Source: Aplysia californica
Lineage: Eukaryota
Direction of reading: 5' to 3'
Length of the DNA stretch: 64,000 bases
Assembly: GCF_000002075.1 (NCBI RefSeq)
Contig: NW_004797545.1
Coordinates: 114,287 to 178,286 of the forward strand
This document shows positions 50,452-64,000 of the stretch, piece by piece. Position 1 is the stretch's first letter. Every line of letters begins with the position of its first letter. The notes beneath the pieces were generated by a model. It saw only the letters and a program-made list of their open reading frames with translations. It ran no database searches and was not told the origin of the DNA. The translations under genes and the position numbers were made by a program.

Positions 50452-53400
50452 TTAGCGACCTGCCACTACCTGGATGACCCCCACAGCACTACCAAAATTA
50501 CCAACCCCCCCCCCCCCACCAGGACACCAGACCTCCCAGGCTGGCATGCACTGTAATTCACTGGGTGAATGGTCTCCCAACACGACATCATTTTCCTGTT
50601 GTTAAAAGATGCTGAAAAGACAACCGTGAATTGAAAAGGAGGTCAGAACAGAAAACGTGGTAAAATCTAAAAACGAAAACGAAAACCTTTATTGCAGCTG
50701 ATCTCAAAGGATGAGAATGGATTCTGAATCATGTGAGCGCAGTCGCGTTTCTGTTGTTGTTGGAACTTTTTAATTAATTTTTTTTTATCATACGGATCAC
50801 TCCGGAAAAGGATAAAAAGGACTATTTCTAGTTTTCCGATCCTCGGTAGATCTAAATCTAGAACACGGATTTTTGGAAAGGGAAATTTTCTCTAAGGAGC
50901 TAATTATAGTATATTTAGGGTAGGGGTATGGATAAGAGATAAGGAATATTGGGGGGGGGGGGAGGAGGGAGACTGGTAGGTATTGACATTGTCTTATAAG
51001 TTGGTTATGATGTTATGGACGGAAAGTTAAAGTTGTTAGTTTTCATGTGAAATGTATTTATTTTTTTGCCACCATGTCTTCAACCTTGACACTAACACCC
51101 CAACCGCTCGACCCTATTGGATATGTACGTTCAGTTCGGAGGTCTTTTCCTCCAAAATAAGCTGAAATTGTTGCAAGGGGCCTACGACCTATACAATTTG
51201 AACATTGCCCCCCGCCCCCTCACACACACACACGATGTCATTATTTTAGAGGTGTAGCTCCCACTAAAGTGCTGGCGCAGACAGAGTAAGTAAATGGTGG
51301 GGATTTGGGGAATGCTGAACGAGCTGTCATTTGTAGTGTTTGTTGTACACATTGCAGATTTTATTCTCGCTTTATCATTTTCGTTGTGGCAAGCTACGGC
51401 TAAAATCGTAATATTAATAACTTAACACTTCTACTTCTGACCGTGTAAATAAAAAGATTGCAAAGACATTTTAGTATTTGGTTGTGTGATCATGATTTTT
51501 TTTGAAAATGTGCTTGCTACTGCTTATTATTGTGAATACCTATGTGTTTATGTGTGTGTACGTGTATGTGTGTGTGTGTGTGTNNNNNNNNNNNNNNNNN
51601 NNNNNNNNNNNNNNNNNNNNNNNNNNNNNNNNNNNNNNNNNNNNNNNNNNNNNNNNNNNNNNNNNNNNNNNNNNNNNNNNNNNGGGGCGGGGGCGGATTG
51701 TTAGAGTGTAAGAGCAAAAAAAAAAGGAGGAAAGAAGAAAAAGAGAGATGAAGAGAGTGCAAGAGAGACGGAGAGAACATTCAACATAGTCTGACTGAGG
51801 CTCAAAATGTACCCAAACAATTCTCACTATGCCCAATATCGTTTCACACAGGAAAGGACCAGAGATGAAAGCAGGTTATTCTTGAACCAAGAGCCTACAA
51901 AAATAAAGTTATGTCCTTGCGTGCGAGTAAAGGGGGGAAAACCATAGTTGCCAACTTCTTGCAAATGGACCTTGTATTAGCATAAACGAGCACTTGAATT
52001 GTCAGGGCATTAAACCATACTCACCAAGTTTCAACGAATACTTAATGAATCATATTATTAGTTCTGTTGCATTACTCAAAATCCACAACTGCTGAAATCT
52101 CCAATTATTATACGTGTGATCCAGAAACAAAAGGTTACAGAGGAGTAATAAAAAAAATTGTGTCAGATAAACGAGAATTACAAATAGTTGAGGGTTTTTT
52201 TTTTCAATTTGAATTTGATTTGTTTTATTGATAGTATTCTTTTTAAACAAATGACTTGAGTCCACTGGCGAGGAAGCACTCGGCTGGCTTGAAACTGCTC
52301 AGGTCATGCATTTATCTCAACATTCGGGGTTTGGTGCAAGTCTCTCGATAAAGACGGGAATGTTCGATTTATTCTGAGCCAACGTTCAATGTTGAAGCAG
52401 ATTTGAATTCCGTTAACACATTTTCTCTTTCAGCCTCCTTTCTATTTCAATTGGCGTGTGTAGTGTGTCAGTTAGGCATTTCGATGTCGTGAGCAGGAGA
52501 CCCGAGTTCGATTGAGTGAGTAGAAATTGTTATCGAATATCTCAGTTATTCTACTGAGATGTTGTATACCTCTCAGGCCGCCTCGTAAATGATCTACATT
52601 CTTTTGAGATGAGGTGTAAAAGCACCAAGATTGATATAATAGACATGCCGTCGGACGCCTAATCAAATCGTGAATTCCACACGAAGCAATTAATTTTACA
52701 GAAGAGGGAAAAAACTGATTTTCTCCGTCATTTGGCGTTCAAAAAATAAACTAAATGGATAAATCTGATCAATTACACTTTAGAAATAATACCGTAATAC
52801 ATTTTTTTACCGTAGATGGTCATTTTTTCGAAAAAGTGTGGGATTCACGATTTTCATATTCGAATCTCGCCTGATACGGTCTTGAATTCCATACCTTTTC
52901 ACGATTTCATCTGTAGGCTTTACGGAACGCGGTGTTGTATTCACGGTTATGAGACAAGAGTGTTTTCTCTTATTAGAGGCCCTGGTATGTTTAAAAATAT
53001 TTGAAAGCACAAAATACTGTTATAAGAAAGATTTTAAAAATATCAAATCAAAACTGAGTATGACATTACAGACTAAGTGAAACAAAAGTTCACTATTTTA
53101 CTACTATAAACATCTCTCATTCTTATATGAATTGGATATTGTATGTAATTTATGAAATCATACTCCTTCGTATGCGTGCTTTCTCTTTTTCTATCCTTCT
53201 TTCTCCAAGTGTGTGTAAGTGTATGTCCTTTTTAATTGGGCTTGGACAGGGGGGTGGTGCATGGGTTGAGAACTTGGTTTATGTCAAACTTTTATACCCC
53301 GTGAATGACTGAATGATCATCTTTCATTATCTTTTTCCGTTTGTCTCTCGGATCCTGAAAATTACTCTTTGCCATTTATAAGGAGAATGATACAGTGGCG

Positions 53401-53819
53401 GGGAACTGTTTGTTGAGTTTTCTTTGTCTCTGGACTTTAGAAGACCCTCCCACTCTCCATTAGAGTTCAGTTTGCAAAGAATTTCTCCTAATGTATATCA
53501 GAGTTTTCATACTGCTTTAAAAGCTTGGTCTTCTTTTTGTCTACCCGATCTGACTGTATTGTGGACAGCAATTTTGACCAAATCGAGCAGGAAAATATGA
53601 TCCACAAATTTCACTTTATGAGGTCTTCGTTGATATAATTATAAAAATTGCAGTTCTGAAAAAGTCTTTAATTTAAAGCCGCAGCTCAATGACGCTGTGC
53701 ATACTTTCTACTTGCATATGAGTGAAGCCTCTAATAAGATTTTACTTTCAAATTCGTGTTTGCTCTAGTGGAAAAGACATTCACGGGATTAGAAATAGAT
53801 GCAATTTTGTTCTAATACG

Positions 53820-53825
53820 CACACG

Positions 53826-53886
<61 letters not shown>

Positions 53887-53936
53887 ACACACACACACAC
53901 ATAAACACACACGCACATAAACACACACACTCACAC
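53820..53936. repeat. (CA)n microsatellite
   Basis: Directly visible in the sequence. Confidence 0.95.
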
Positions 53937-55649
53937 CTGTAGCTGTATAACAATATATTGTTATAACCTTCTAAGCATATGTGTACATTGAAAAAAGTCC
54001 ATCAAACAACTTCATTTGCAATCAAATTACCTTGTGCCTTGTGTCATAACTAATAGAGAACATCATACGAGGTCGCATTGAAGATTAAGTGCATGTTTCT
54101 GTAACAAGAGCTGGAGGAATTGATAGACAGTGACAAAAGTTCACCATGAAGATTCATGCAAATCATCACAAGGTCTTCTTGCCTAAGAGCAAAGGTTTTA
54201 TCCTTGGCGTGCCCTTTCTTTGTAACTTTCTTTTCTGACATGTTTGATTCCCTTTTAATCTGGCTGACGTTTTCAAGACTCCAAACCCACGCGCTATTCA
54301 CATTGATCCTTTTTTGGCTCACAGGTCGACATGGTCTGTTCATCTATCACATATTTGAGTAGCCTGACATTCAAGGCAGATTGTCCCTGACATGTTCACG
54401 CTGTTTCGTAAAACCAATGAAGCTCCGACAGATTACAGAATCAGGGATCAAGATACAGTTTTCCAGAGCTTTGCAGGCAATAGTGAGTGGAAACCTTCAG
54501 AAGCATATCCACATACGTTAACAGAAACTCCTTGGCTTGCACGTCCCTTGTGGATTGTTTGGTGGTGCAGCTGGGTGGGCTCTTCTAAAGCACTCTTTAC
54601 AAAGTACTGGAGGATCTAGGTTGTCACAAACAAATGCCTGCGGAAGTTCCTCAGGATCGGATGGACGGACAGAGTCACCAATGAGGAAGTAATGAGCAGA
54701 ACATTTTCAGACAGAAGAAAGCTGTGGAGATGGACTGGACTGAGCATACCATCTGGAAACCAGGCAGATACTTAACAAAGACAATTTTAATTTTGAGTCA
54801 ACAGGTTACACGATCAAGGGAAGGCCATGTTGAACCTGTACAAAAATTGCAAAGAATGAAGAACAGAAAAGTGGAAAAACATTTGAAAAAATATGGAGAA
54901 TTAAGCCCAGGGTAGGAAATAGTGGAAAGTGTTTGTCCGTACATGGTGAGCCCGGCGATGATGAAACAGACATGGGCTCCTCTAGAGCAGTTTACAATTG
55001 GTGAGCCCGGTCATAGATATCAACATCCTGCAAACTTTCTTCTAGTCATTCTGTTTCAGATAATAATCCCAAGTGTGCATCTTTCAGCTTGGTGTATCGC
55101 ATTTAAAGTGTACTCATTCGTGTTGAGAAGACCGTTCACAATGGTCTTTCTGTCTCCCCATGTCAAAGTCCAAACAAAGACATACATAGTTGTTCTGTCT
55201 TTGTCTTTTAATAGTGAGTAGTCATTTAATTTGTTTGAGCAATCACATTTGAGTTTCAGTTCATTAGTTTTTTCAATCGACCTATCTATTGATTTGTATT
55301 GCTTATTGCTGCCCCCCCCTCTCCCCCTCTCTCTCTCTCTCTCTCTCTCNNNNNNNNNNNNNNNNNNNNNNNNNNNNNNNNNNNNNNNNNNNNNNNNNNN
55401 NNNNNNNNNNNNNNNNNNNNNNNNNNNNNNNNNNNNNNNNNNNNNNNNNTATTGTGTTTGTTACTCTCTTGTAACACCTCTGATCTTTAGCACTTATATC
55501 ATTACATATTGTGTTGTAAGTGCCGTAAAACTCTAACCAGAACTAAAATAGAAGTCCAGGTCTTGGTGCCATAAAAATATAGGAAAATGGGCGTAGATTT
55601 AGAACTAATTAACAAGGTGTTTAACAGTTTTTTTGTTTTTTAAAACTAT

Positions 55650-55960
55650 TTAGTGCATTATTTGGGGCATTATTTGGTGTATCATTTGGTGCATTATTTG
55701 GTGTATTATTTGGTGTATTATTTGGTGCATTATTTGGTATATCATTTGGTGCATTATTTGGTGTATTGTTTGGTGCATTATTTGGTATATCATTTGGTGC
55801 ATTGTTTGGTGTATTATTTGGTGCATTGTTTGTATATAATTTGGTGCATTATTTGGTGTATTATTTGGTGAATTATTTGGTGCATTGTTTGGTGCATTAT
55901 TTGCTATATAAATTGGTGTATTATTTGTTTTATTATTTGGTATATCATTTGGTGCATTGT
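55650..55960. repeat. 12-bp tandem minisatellite (TTTGGTGCATTA, ~25 copies)
   Basis: Repeated tttggtgcatta / tttggtgtatta / tttggtatatca units. Confidence 0.93.
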
Positions 55961-57420
55961 GCAGTCGGTATATTCGTGTCTCATGCAGGATCCGACAGCA
56001 GTTCGGTGGACTGTTCTCTCTGGTGGTTCTGTCCCAGGACTGGCACTGCCCCACACATGTGTCCTTCGCCTCCTCCCACCCGGGGAAAAACGTTCTGGAT
56101 GTTGTACCTCTAAAGTATCAATCTGACGGTAAGGCTTTTCTGGTTTTCTCTCCCAGCAATTTCACATCTAGGCCTTTCTCTGAAGTCTGCAGCCCTCCTC
56201 CCCCTCTCCTTTTNNNNNNNNNNNNNNNNNNNNNNNNNNNNNNNNNNNNNNNNNNNNNNNNNNNNNNNNNNNNNNNNNNNNNNNNNNNNNNNNNNNNNNN
56301 NNNNNNNNNNNNNNNNNNNNNNNNNNNNNNNNNNNNNNNNNNNNNNNNNNNNNNNNNNNAGCGCCTTTGATCTGTTCCAACGCAACGTGTACTTTGAATG
56401 ACACTTTTTTTTCATTGAAGTCTGGTTCTTCTACTATTTCCGAGCGGTACTTTTTATAGTTTTCTTTGATGCCCAAAGTGGTTCACATTGCTAGGCTTCT
56501 CAAAATTCCTTTTCTCGTTAGGGAACTCTGTTGTCAAATCAGTGAACTTTCAAAGTAAAACAAGTTTGGGCTGTGATACAACACAGACTATTATGCTTGT
56601 AATTTATACTTGACTACGTTATAAAAAATAATTTGCAAACGAGCAAGATAAAAAGATTGTTTTACCCACTAGAAGAGCACACACTTTATACATTCCAATT
56701 TGACAGTTGTTGTGAAATAATTCCAGTCTTGCATCTAGGAAACATACATTTTAATAATGTGACAGAGGTTTTCCCGCAAAACACATGCAGTCGACATCAT
56801 AAATTACAATCTTTGGCCTGGAAACCGTGAATACTGGCCGACCATTATGTTTGCGCAACGCAATCGCCCATATTTCAATGGTCTAGAGAGGCGTTCACGG
56901 CGGCAACGGTCAACCCCACGAGTCATAAACCGACTGATGAGATCATGAATTCCACACAGGCGTGGGATTCACGGTTTCATTAGGCGACTTTGGGGGACGG
57001 TGTTTATTCGCGATTTTCTTATTTCGTCAGATTACACGTTTCCGTTGAGATAATTGATAAATAGTTTTACAAGGACATGTATCTCACTGAGCACTATCAA
57101 AATATGCACACACAAAAAAAACAACCGATTTTCACGGTTTTATCAGGCGACCGACGCATGCATTATATTTTATACCGGTATACATTTTCTTTAGTAGCAG
57201 ATTTGAACTATATAAACGTGATCTCATTTCGATGGCTTTATAAAGGTGTTCTCATTTCGATCGCTTTATAAACGTATTCTCATTTCGATCGGCCCCTTCT
57301 GTTCCAGACGCGACCTGTCTCTTCAGGAGTCCTGCAGCAGACATGAACGGTCTTTCGTCTAAAACTGGCTTCTGCAGACGAAGGACGAGAAAGGAAGTCA
57401 CCAAAATTCGTCCCAGAATT

Positions 57421-60400
57421 ATGTGTTTTTGGTATGTCTTCCTAGTCGGGGCCCTAGCTTTTTCCGTATCTTCCCAACGCGACGAGGGAGTAAAGGGGTC
57501 CCACGAGGGCAAAGGTCACGCTACGACCTTTTCAGACACTGTGAGTGAAAAAGTTATGGATCAGCTGACGAGGTGTGATTGGAGCGACCCTGTTCTGCTG
57601 TGTGGTTCTTCTCATCATTTAGCGCTGTGCAACTTGTTGTTTACATCCCTCAGTGACAGGAACTTCCAAGTGATGTGGATATCGGGAGTGGACGACTTGC
57701 CAGAGGTACATATTTTACAGCTGATGGAAAAGCTCATTGTCGCTGAGAGTCACGTCAATTTTGTTGTAGTTTCGGTCAAGCCGGAAGTGATGATATTCCA
57801 GGCACAGCTGCTCCATGACCGAATGAACACAACCTCCATGTTACCACACAGACTTTTTTGGCTCTTTGCGCTGACGTCATATACAGAAGAACAGAGTTTG
57901 GTGACGTATCAAAAGCATTCGGTTTTCGATAACGTGGCAGTTTTTACTGCTTATGAAAACAAAGAACAGGAAAAGATATTTACTTTTATGTGGCGCGCAC
58001 ATGCAAGTTCAGACAACTCCAGAATAAGTTGTCCTTCTAAAGTGGACATTTCAAGTGAGAAAGAAATGGCGTCTTGTAAGTTGTTTCCAAACAGACGGTA
58101 CGGAATGAATGGAAGAGAGTTGCAAATCCTAGCTAAAGAGTTTCCCCTAGATTTCACTGTGCGGAAAATGGATCCAGAAACGGGAATTTTCCAATACCAA
58201 GGATTTCTTGTAGATGTTTTAGACGCACTTGCTGAGAGCGCAAATTTCTCATACGTCATCCACCCACGACCGGGAATCAAAGAAGTCTCGTGGGGAGATT
58301 TCCGAGACTTGGTGAGCGAGGGTGCGTACAGCCTCGGCTTATCTCTGTACTCGCAGACAACGTCAATTTTCAGTAATGGCGTCGTGTCCACTCCAGTTAC
58401 TTTTGACTCTGTCGCCGGTATATACAACTACCGAGAAGAAACTGATAACACTATACCTCCGTTCCTAATCCGTCTGAAAAGTTTGGTGACTGTTAGCGTA
58501 ATTCTAGCCGTCATAGGTACGTCAACTCTCTACTCTGTTATAGAAAGGGTCTGGGTTCGAACCATTGGCCCTAATCGTTTACCCGCTTGGAAGACAGATG
58601 GCACCTGTAACACACATATCAACTCAGGAGACCGCAGATTTCACACACCGCCACACGTTCCTAAAAGGAGCAACCAAACTGAGCTTGCCCAACCGGGGAC
58701 AGAGTCCAGAGATGGTGATATGTTATTTGCTGAAAACAGAGAAAGTTGTTCGTATTTAGATCTCATCTGTGGCCATCTCCTGACTTTGATATCCAAAAGC
58801 TGCTTACCCAGACCCCAACAGATGTCGCTGCGTATTCTGCTGTTCTTCTGGGGTCTGACTGTGGTCATTTTCATGGCTGCAGTCACCGGTTCACTGACCG
58901 CTGACCTTGTGGGATCCCGCAGCCAAGCCCCCATAAGCTCGACCAAAGACCTCGTGGAGAGAACAGATTACAAGATGGTAGCCCCCGGGGTAGGTCACGT
59001 CACCAGTTTCCATTACATAGAGAGAAGTGAGAGATATATCGGCGGAGAAACACACAGATTTTAAAACGTTTCTGTTTTCCTGGTCGTTTGTCTGTCTGAA
59101 AACAATTCTAATTGCCGTAAGTTTGTGATTATCATCTTCTATTTNNNNNNNNNNNNNNNNNNNNNNNNNNNNNNNNNNNNNNNNNNNNNNNNNNNNNNNN
59201 NNNNNNNNNNNNNNNNNNNNNNNNNNNNNNNNNNNNNNNNNNNNNNNNNNNNNNNNNNNNNNNNNNNNNNNNNTCTATCTCCCTTTTTGTCTCTACACAG
59301 TTGCATTCCTTCGCTTTGTTTATTATACCCACTCATTGTATCAATAACATTGATTGAGATTACACAACAGCAAACGAACCAACAGCTTGAACACACAAAA
59401 TCGAAATCGAAGACCCAAAAACAAGACTAAATCTAACTCCATAAATTTTTTGCAAATTTAAGTGAAGAAAAACAGCAGCCCCCTCCCCCTTCCCAGATTT
59501 AAACCTGCAATTGCTGCTAACCATTCGCCTTCTCTCTCTATTCTGTCGTCATCATTGCCCGTGCAATTTCGGACATACATTTTATTTGAGGATCAGGAAA
59601 GTCATCTCTATAGGCACCAACAACCCAATGCTTGTGAATTTAGACTTAAACACGGTCTTGTTCTGAGACTAATCTTCAACTGTGCTCAATCTTTTTTCCA
59701 CACGACAGATCGATACGCTGATATCCTCTTTTTTCTAACAGGTTGTTCAACTTGTAAAAAAAACGATCTTCTCCCTTTCATGACCGTATCTTCTCATTCT
59801 CTGTCCCCCTCTTTATTCCATATTTGTCTGTTTGTCTGCCTATATTGTTATGTCTGTCTCTCTCTGTCTGCCCCCACCTCCACCCCAACCCCAACCCTCC
59901 ACATCACCCCCACCCGCTTTCCAGGAATCGTCTGTGTATAAACTCCTTCTCCAGTTCACTGGACCTCTCCAGCCTCGCCTTGCGAGTGACCTGTCCCCCG
60001 TGACCTATGACCTTCTTGATGGATCCACAGAGTCCCATCTGAACATGATCCTGCGGGACAAAGTTGTTTTCTTGTATTACAGGTCAGTATTAGGTTTTAA
60101 AAAAAGGTCATTAGACCGCCACCGGGCTGAATAGTTTGCCCTGAGAATAGGAGTGGTCTAACTTCATTTCTAGTCCAATCTGATTTATCACTACCATGGA
60201 ATAAAGCCTTGTTACACATTTTAGTCAAATACAACAGACTCCTAAGGGTTTATTTCGCAGGATTTTTTTCGTATTTACGATCTTCATGTAGTTCATAGTA
60301 TATATAGTTTTTGTTCTGAAACAAAATCCCACTTCTTTCAAAACTACTCAGCGTGGTCTTATTTTTATTTTCATAGCTATTGATTCAAAACTAAAACATT

Positions 60401-62233
60401 CCCTACAGTAAAAGATGTCTATATCACAGATGTAAACAGTACTACATGCCCTTACACTTCCCTTGATTCCAAATGTATTGAAGATGTCTCTGTTTTTGAG
60501 CATATTAAGGAATTAAGAATCCAGGAAGTCAAAATCAGAATGGAAGGGAGTAATACTTGGGACTTCTACTTCCTCCATGTGTACCGCCCAGGCAAAGCTA
60601 CAATGTCATTATGCATACTGCTTAAGTCGTCTTCAATATCAATGGACATGAGAAGAAGAAGTTCAGTGTGGTACCGTACAACAAGGTGAGGGGTTACGAC
60701 CCTCCCCCACGCAGTAAGACTATTTAAGTGGAGAGAAGTCTGAATTTTAAAGTTCACTAGACTCTAAGACAGGACAGAGCCACGTTAGAGGGAAAGCTTT
60801 AAAAATTCTCAAAAGAACCCGAGTTTGTGAGCTCCATGTTTAAGATTCGAACTAAGGTCTTTCACTTTGTAATTCGGCATGAAACCATATGGGCTACTAG
60901 TAAACCCTGTCGACCAGTATATTGGTTAAACAAAATACTAAAACTGTTATTTTGAGCTCAGTAAAATATTTCATGATAAAGAACTTCCACCGTCTTTTTT
61001 TTAACGCAATGTTTTCTCGAACTCCCCCCCCCCCCCCACCCTCCACCCAAAAGAAAATGTCAATCAAAATACCAAACTCACTCATTGGTAGGAAAATATC
61101 TTTTAATCAGAGTTGGGGGTGGGGGGATTGCAGGGGGACTGGGCATGGCATTTTACTTTATGACAAGTACTCTCTTTTGGGCCAGGTTAACTACTGTTAC
61201 CGGCAGAAATAAACGGAAGTAATCCATTCTGAACCAACTTTACGTAATACTGAACGTAAATCTAGACTCTCCACTCTTTACTAGGGCCACAGTTGGGTTG
61301 CTGAGACGTCATGCGCGAAAAATGTTCTAACATAATATTTTAAGAATGGAGGCGGGAGGAATAAAAATTTACTTTTTCCCTTTATCCCACCCATAATAAT
61401 ACCAAACGAAGTAGGCTTATCAGAACATCTGACAATGTTTCAAGACGTTTAAGCCTACTTCGTTTTCGAAAAAAAGCGTTTTGTATAAAACGTTAATGTT
61501 GGTTTATCTTTATTAAGTCTTGGTACGGAGGTCTTAAAAAGATATGCTGTATTCTGAGCTCTCTTTGGTTAAAATCTTTTTAAAAATTAGTTTTTAAAGG
61601 CAACACGTTGTTGGAAATGTGTTGGGTAGTGGGCAACTAGAGTTATTGGTATCTTCGTAAAGCTTTTTTTTTTTGGTTCTTTTTTTTTCTTTCCATTTTT
61701 GGGTGCTAACACGTGCAGTTGAATATTAAATTTTATCCCCCCCCCCCCCACACACACACAGGACATGAACCTTTTCCGCCCTGAAACATACAATCCCCCC
61801 ACTTTCCTTTTTTTTCAACCTATCTCGCTCAAGGAGCCTTCTAGGCGTGCTCCAAAATTCATCTAGACCGGACCAGAACCTTGTGATAATGAAGGAGAGT
61901 CTGTGGATGACTAACAGAGGGTTCATCTTGCCAGACTCATCTCCAGTCGGCGATGTCATTTCTGCCGAGCTCTTCCAACTGCACTATTCTGGGATCATCG
62001 GAGAAATCCGAAAACGCTACATGCCAGAGCTTCGTAAAAAGCAAAAGGGTGTAAAAATACGGAACAAAAACAAGATTACTTTGACGTCTGTCGTTCTGAT
62101 CTTTCAAAATCTCGGTATTTTTCTTTTACTCAGTCTGGTTGTTTTGGCAATGGAACGGTTTTGGAATTGGTTATGTGGGGTTTTCAATTACTGTTATCAC
62201 ATTATGTTAACGATGTCCAACAATGTACTGTAA
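57421..62233 (+). CDS. Divergent ionotropic receptor (IR / iGluR-like), ~708 aa; exons 57421-58989, 59925-60082, 61834-62233
   Basis: Signal peptide MCFWYVFLVGALAFSVSS. S1 lobe (GMNGRELQI..YQGFLVDVLDALAESANFSY..SWG), M1, pore/M3 (PQQMSLRILLFFWGLTVVIFMAAVTGSLTADL), S2 (PISSTKDLV..GFILPDSSP..IS..L..SGII) and M4 (ITLTSVVLIFQNLGIFLLLSLVVLAMERF). GT-AG sites join in phase (0 and 2) to give 2127 nt of open frame. Confidence 0.88.
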
Positions 62234-62284
62234 CGAGGACCAGAAAAAGTAAACAAATATTAATAGGGTAATAAAGGTCAGGGA

Positions 62285-62690
62285 TGTGAGAATTTACCAG
62301 AAGGATAGGATGTGTTTTATAGCCAAAAAACAACAACATGACGTATGAATGCTCGAAATCTCATAGACAGGGAAGAAAATAACACTGAAGTGCTCTAAAT
62401 TGCAGAATATGAAAGTTATCTAAGCAGAACTACCAGGAAGAGGCAACTGAGATTTTTTGGCCTCATAAGTAGAACAAAATTAATGTACTAGAGAAACTGT
62501 ACTGTGTGGAAAGGCAAACGGAAAGAAGAGCAGAGGAAAACAGAGAACAACATACACAGGTGGCCTGAATAACTGCATGACAAACAACACATTCAGATAA
62601 AGAAAAACCAGCTGATCAGGAGGCCAGAATGAATGGGAGGGGGGGGGGTGCCACAATCGTCAAAGTTTGCCACTGATCTGACACCTGGAG
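62285..62690 (+). mobile_element. Degenerate RTE LINE 3' fragment
   Basis: Remnants of the ISWxxxxTNxEVL / IRKRQLRFFG / GKRxRG pattern, with frameshifts. Confidence 0.5.
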
Positions 62691-63559
62691 TGAAAACTGT
62701 ACATTTGTGTTTTAGAGTGTACGAATTCTTACTCTACACAGTAGTATGCACGGCTCTACCACTTCATGCACACAACAGTATTTGTGCAGTATTATGTGTT
62801 CTATAATGTTGCACATTTACACCAAAAAAAATAATAATCGGGTCAATGTGTTCCGCAGTTGCTGGTTACTGTCTGTGCAAGGAAATGGGTGGTTCTATTC
62901 AAGGTTACGACAATGCGTGTCTTTTTAGGTTGCCTGTAACTGAATGTTTGACGTAGACCAAGACCAGTATATTCCGTAAAGTTGGGACGGTTTAGTTCGG
63001 GGTGCCCAACTACGGCTGATCACAAAAAATAGGGCATAACGGCGTGGACAATTCTACCGCAGATCGGGCACGGGTGGTCTGAGGTACTAGATGGAGGACA
63101 GCTGTTACTTAGATATACTGAATTAGATATAATAATACAGATAAATAATATATAAAGATAAGGCATATTTTTCGTAGGTACATGGATATTACATGTACGA
63201 TGATCTATATAGGAAGANNNNNNNNNNNNNNNNNNNNNNNNNNNNNNNNNNNNNNNNNNNNNNNNNNNNNNNNNNNNNNNNNNNNNNNNNNNNNNNNNNN
63301 NNNNNNNNNNNNNNNNNNNNNNNNNNNNNNNNNNNNNNNNNNNNNNNNNNNNNNNNNNNNNNNNNNNNNNNNNNNNNNNNNNNNNNNNNNNNNNNNNNNN
63401 NNNNNNNNNNNNNNNNNNNNNNNNNAAGACTTAAAAAATAAAGAGAGAATGAGACAGACCGAGGGGTGAGACGGGGGGGGGGGGAAATCAAGAGGAGCTA
63501 AAGCATTCTCTACAATCATATTCATCTTTTGCATAATATTCCAGTTAAATGTCTATTGT

Positions 63560-64000
63560 TCATTTCCTTTGGGGTTGCTGCCTCTTTTTAGAACATTCTG
63601 ATACACCTTGTCCGAACATGCTTTGGCAGATGGTTCTGTACTTGGAGCTGCAGGTGTAGTAGACCAGGATGTTGACGGCGGCGTTGACGGCCCCGCAGAT
63701 ATACACGATGGTGTAGGCCAACACATACAGGTTGTTGTAGCGCCTCCCGATGTCCATGTCCGGCACCACCTCCCTGATGAAGCTGATGAGACACACGGGC
63801 GTGTTGCACACCACGAAGATAACGGCCACGAGGATAACCATCTTGATGAGACGTGCGTCCTTGTCTACTGCGGTGTTCGCGCCGACGCGGCTGTTGCTGC
63901 TGCTGCTATTACCACCGCCACCACCACCATCACTACCGCAACCATTCTTGGCGCTTGTCGGTGGTTTTTGCGACGTAGCGGATTTCCGGAATCTGGAAGA
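63560..64000 (-). CDS. Class A (rhodopsin-like) GPCR, gastropod chemoreceptor-like; 3' part only (ICL3, TM6, TM7, tail)
   Basis: Frame open to the window edge. KDARLIKMVILVAVIFVVCNTP (TM6), RYNNLY, NAAVNILVYYTCSSKYR (TM7 and helix 8), preceded by a Gly/Ser-rich ICL3. The pattern resembles Aplysia AcCR-type receptors. Confidence 0.88.
   Translation of the reverse strand, partial: SSRFRKSATSQKPPTSAKNGCGSDGGGGGGNSSSSNSRVGANTAVDKDARLIKMVILVAVIFVVCNTPVCLISFIREVVPDMDIGRRYNNLYVLAYTIVYICGAVNAAVNILVYYTCSSKYRTICQSMFGQGVSECSKKRQQPQRK

Noticed and set aside
55650-56113. Repetitive ORFs (HYLV / QIMH repeats) and a CRISPR-like appearance
   Set aside because: Simple 12-bp tandem repeat with no unique spacers, in a eukaryotic context.
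58990-59064. Read-through of IR exon 1 to the stop at 59064, or a donor at 59027
   Set aside because: Only the GTAGGT donor at 58990 is in phase with the 59925 acceptor and restores the S2 pattern.

Overview
AT-rich, gapped animal genomic DNA, most likely a gastropod mollusc. This is inferred from an Aplysia-chemoreceptor-like GPCR and a divergent ionotropic receptor, not proven. Positions ~2.9-50 kb hold a mixed tandem/inverted array of five copies (orientation -,+,-,-,+) of a two-exon gene for a ~180-aa secreted, 8-Cys protein with two closely spaced EF-hand loops. Exon 1 codes only the ATG and follows a TATAAAA box. Exon 2 is 540 bp and begins at a CAGCAG acceptor. Four copies look intact. 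Copy 1 has lost its TATA box and carries a frameshift. The amplified unit also carries a tRNA-Gln(UUG) gene (six copies, two perfect and four decayed) and shared transposon fossils. The coding exons are ~97-98% identical while introns and flanks are much more diverged, which suggests exon-restricted concerted evolution. Right of the array lie a three-exon divergent ionotropic receptor gene (57421-62233, +) and the 3' end of a convergent chemoreceptor-like class A GPCR (-). Transposable elements include a decayed P-element transposase, hAT and Harbinger non-autonomous elements, Chapaev-like and RTE fragments, and tRNA-derived SINEs. All alignments were done by eye, so TE and repeat boundaries are approximate.
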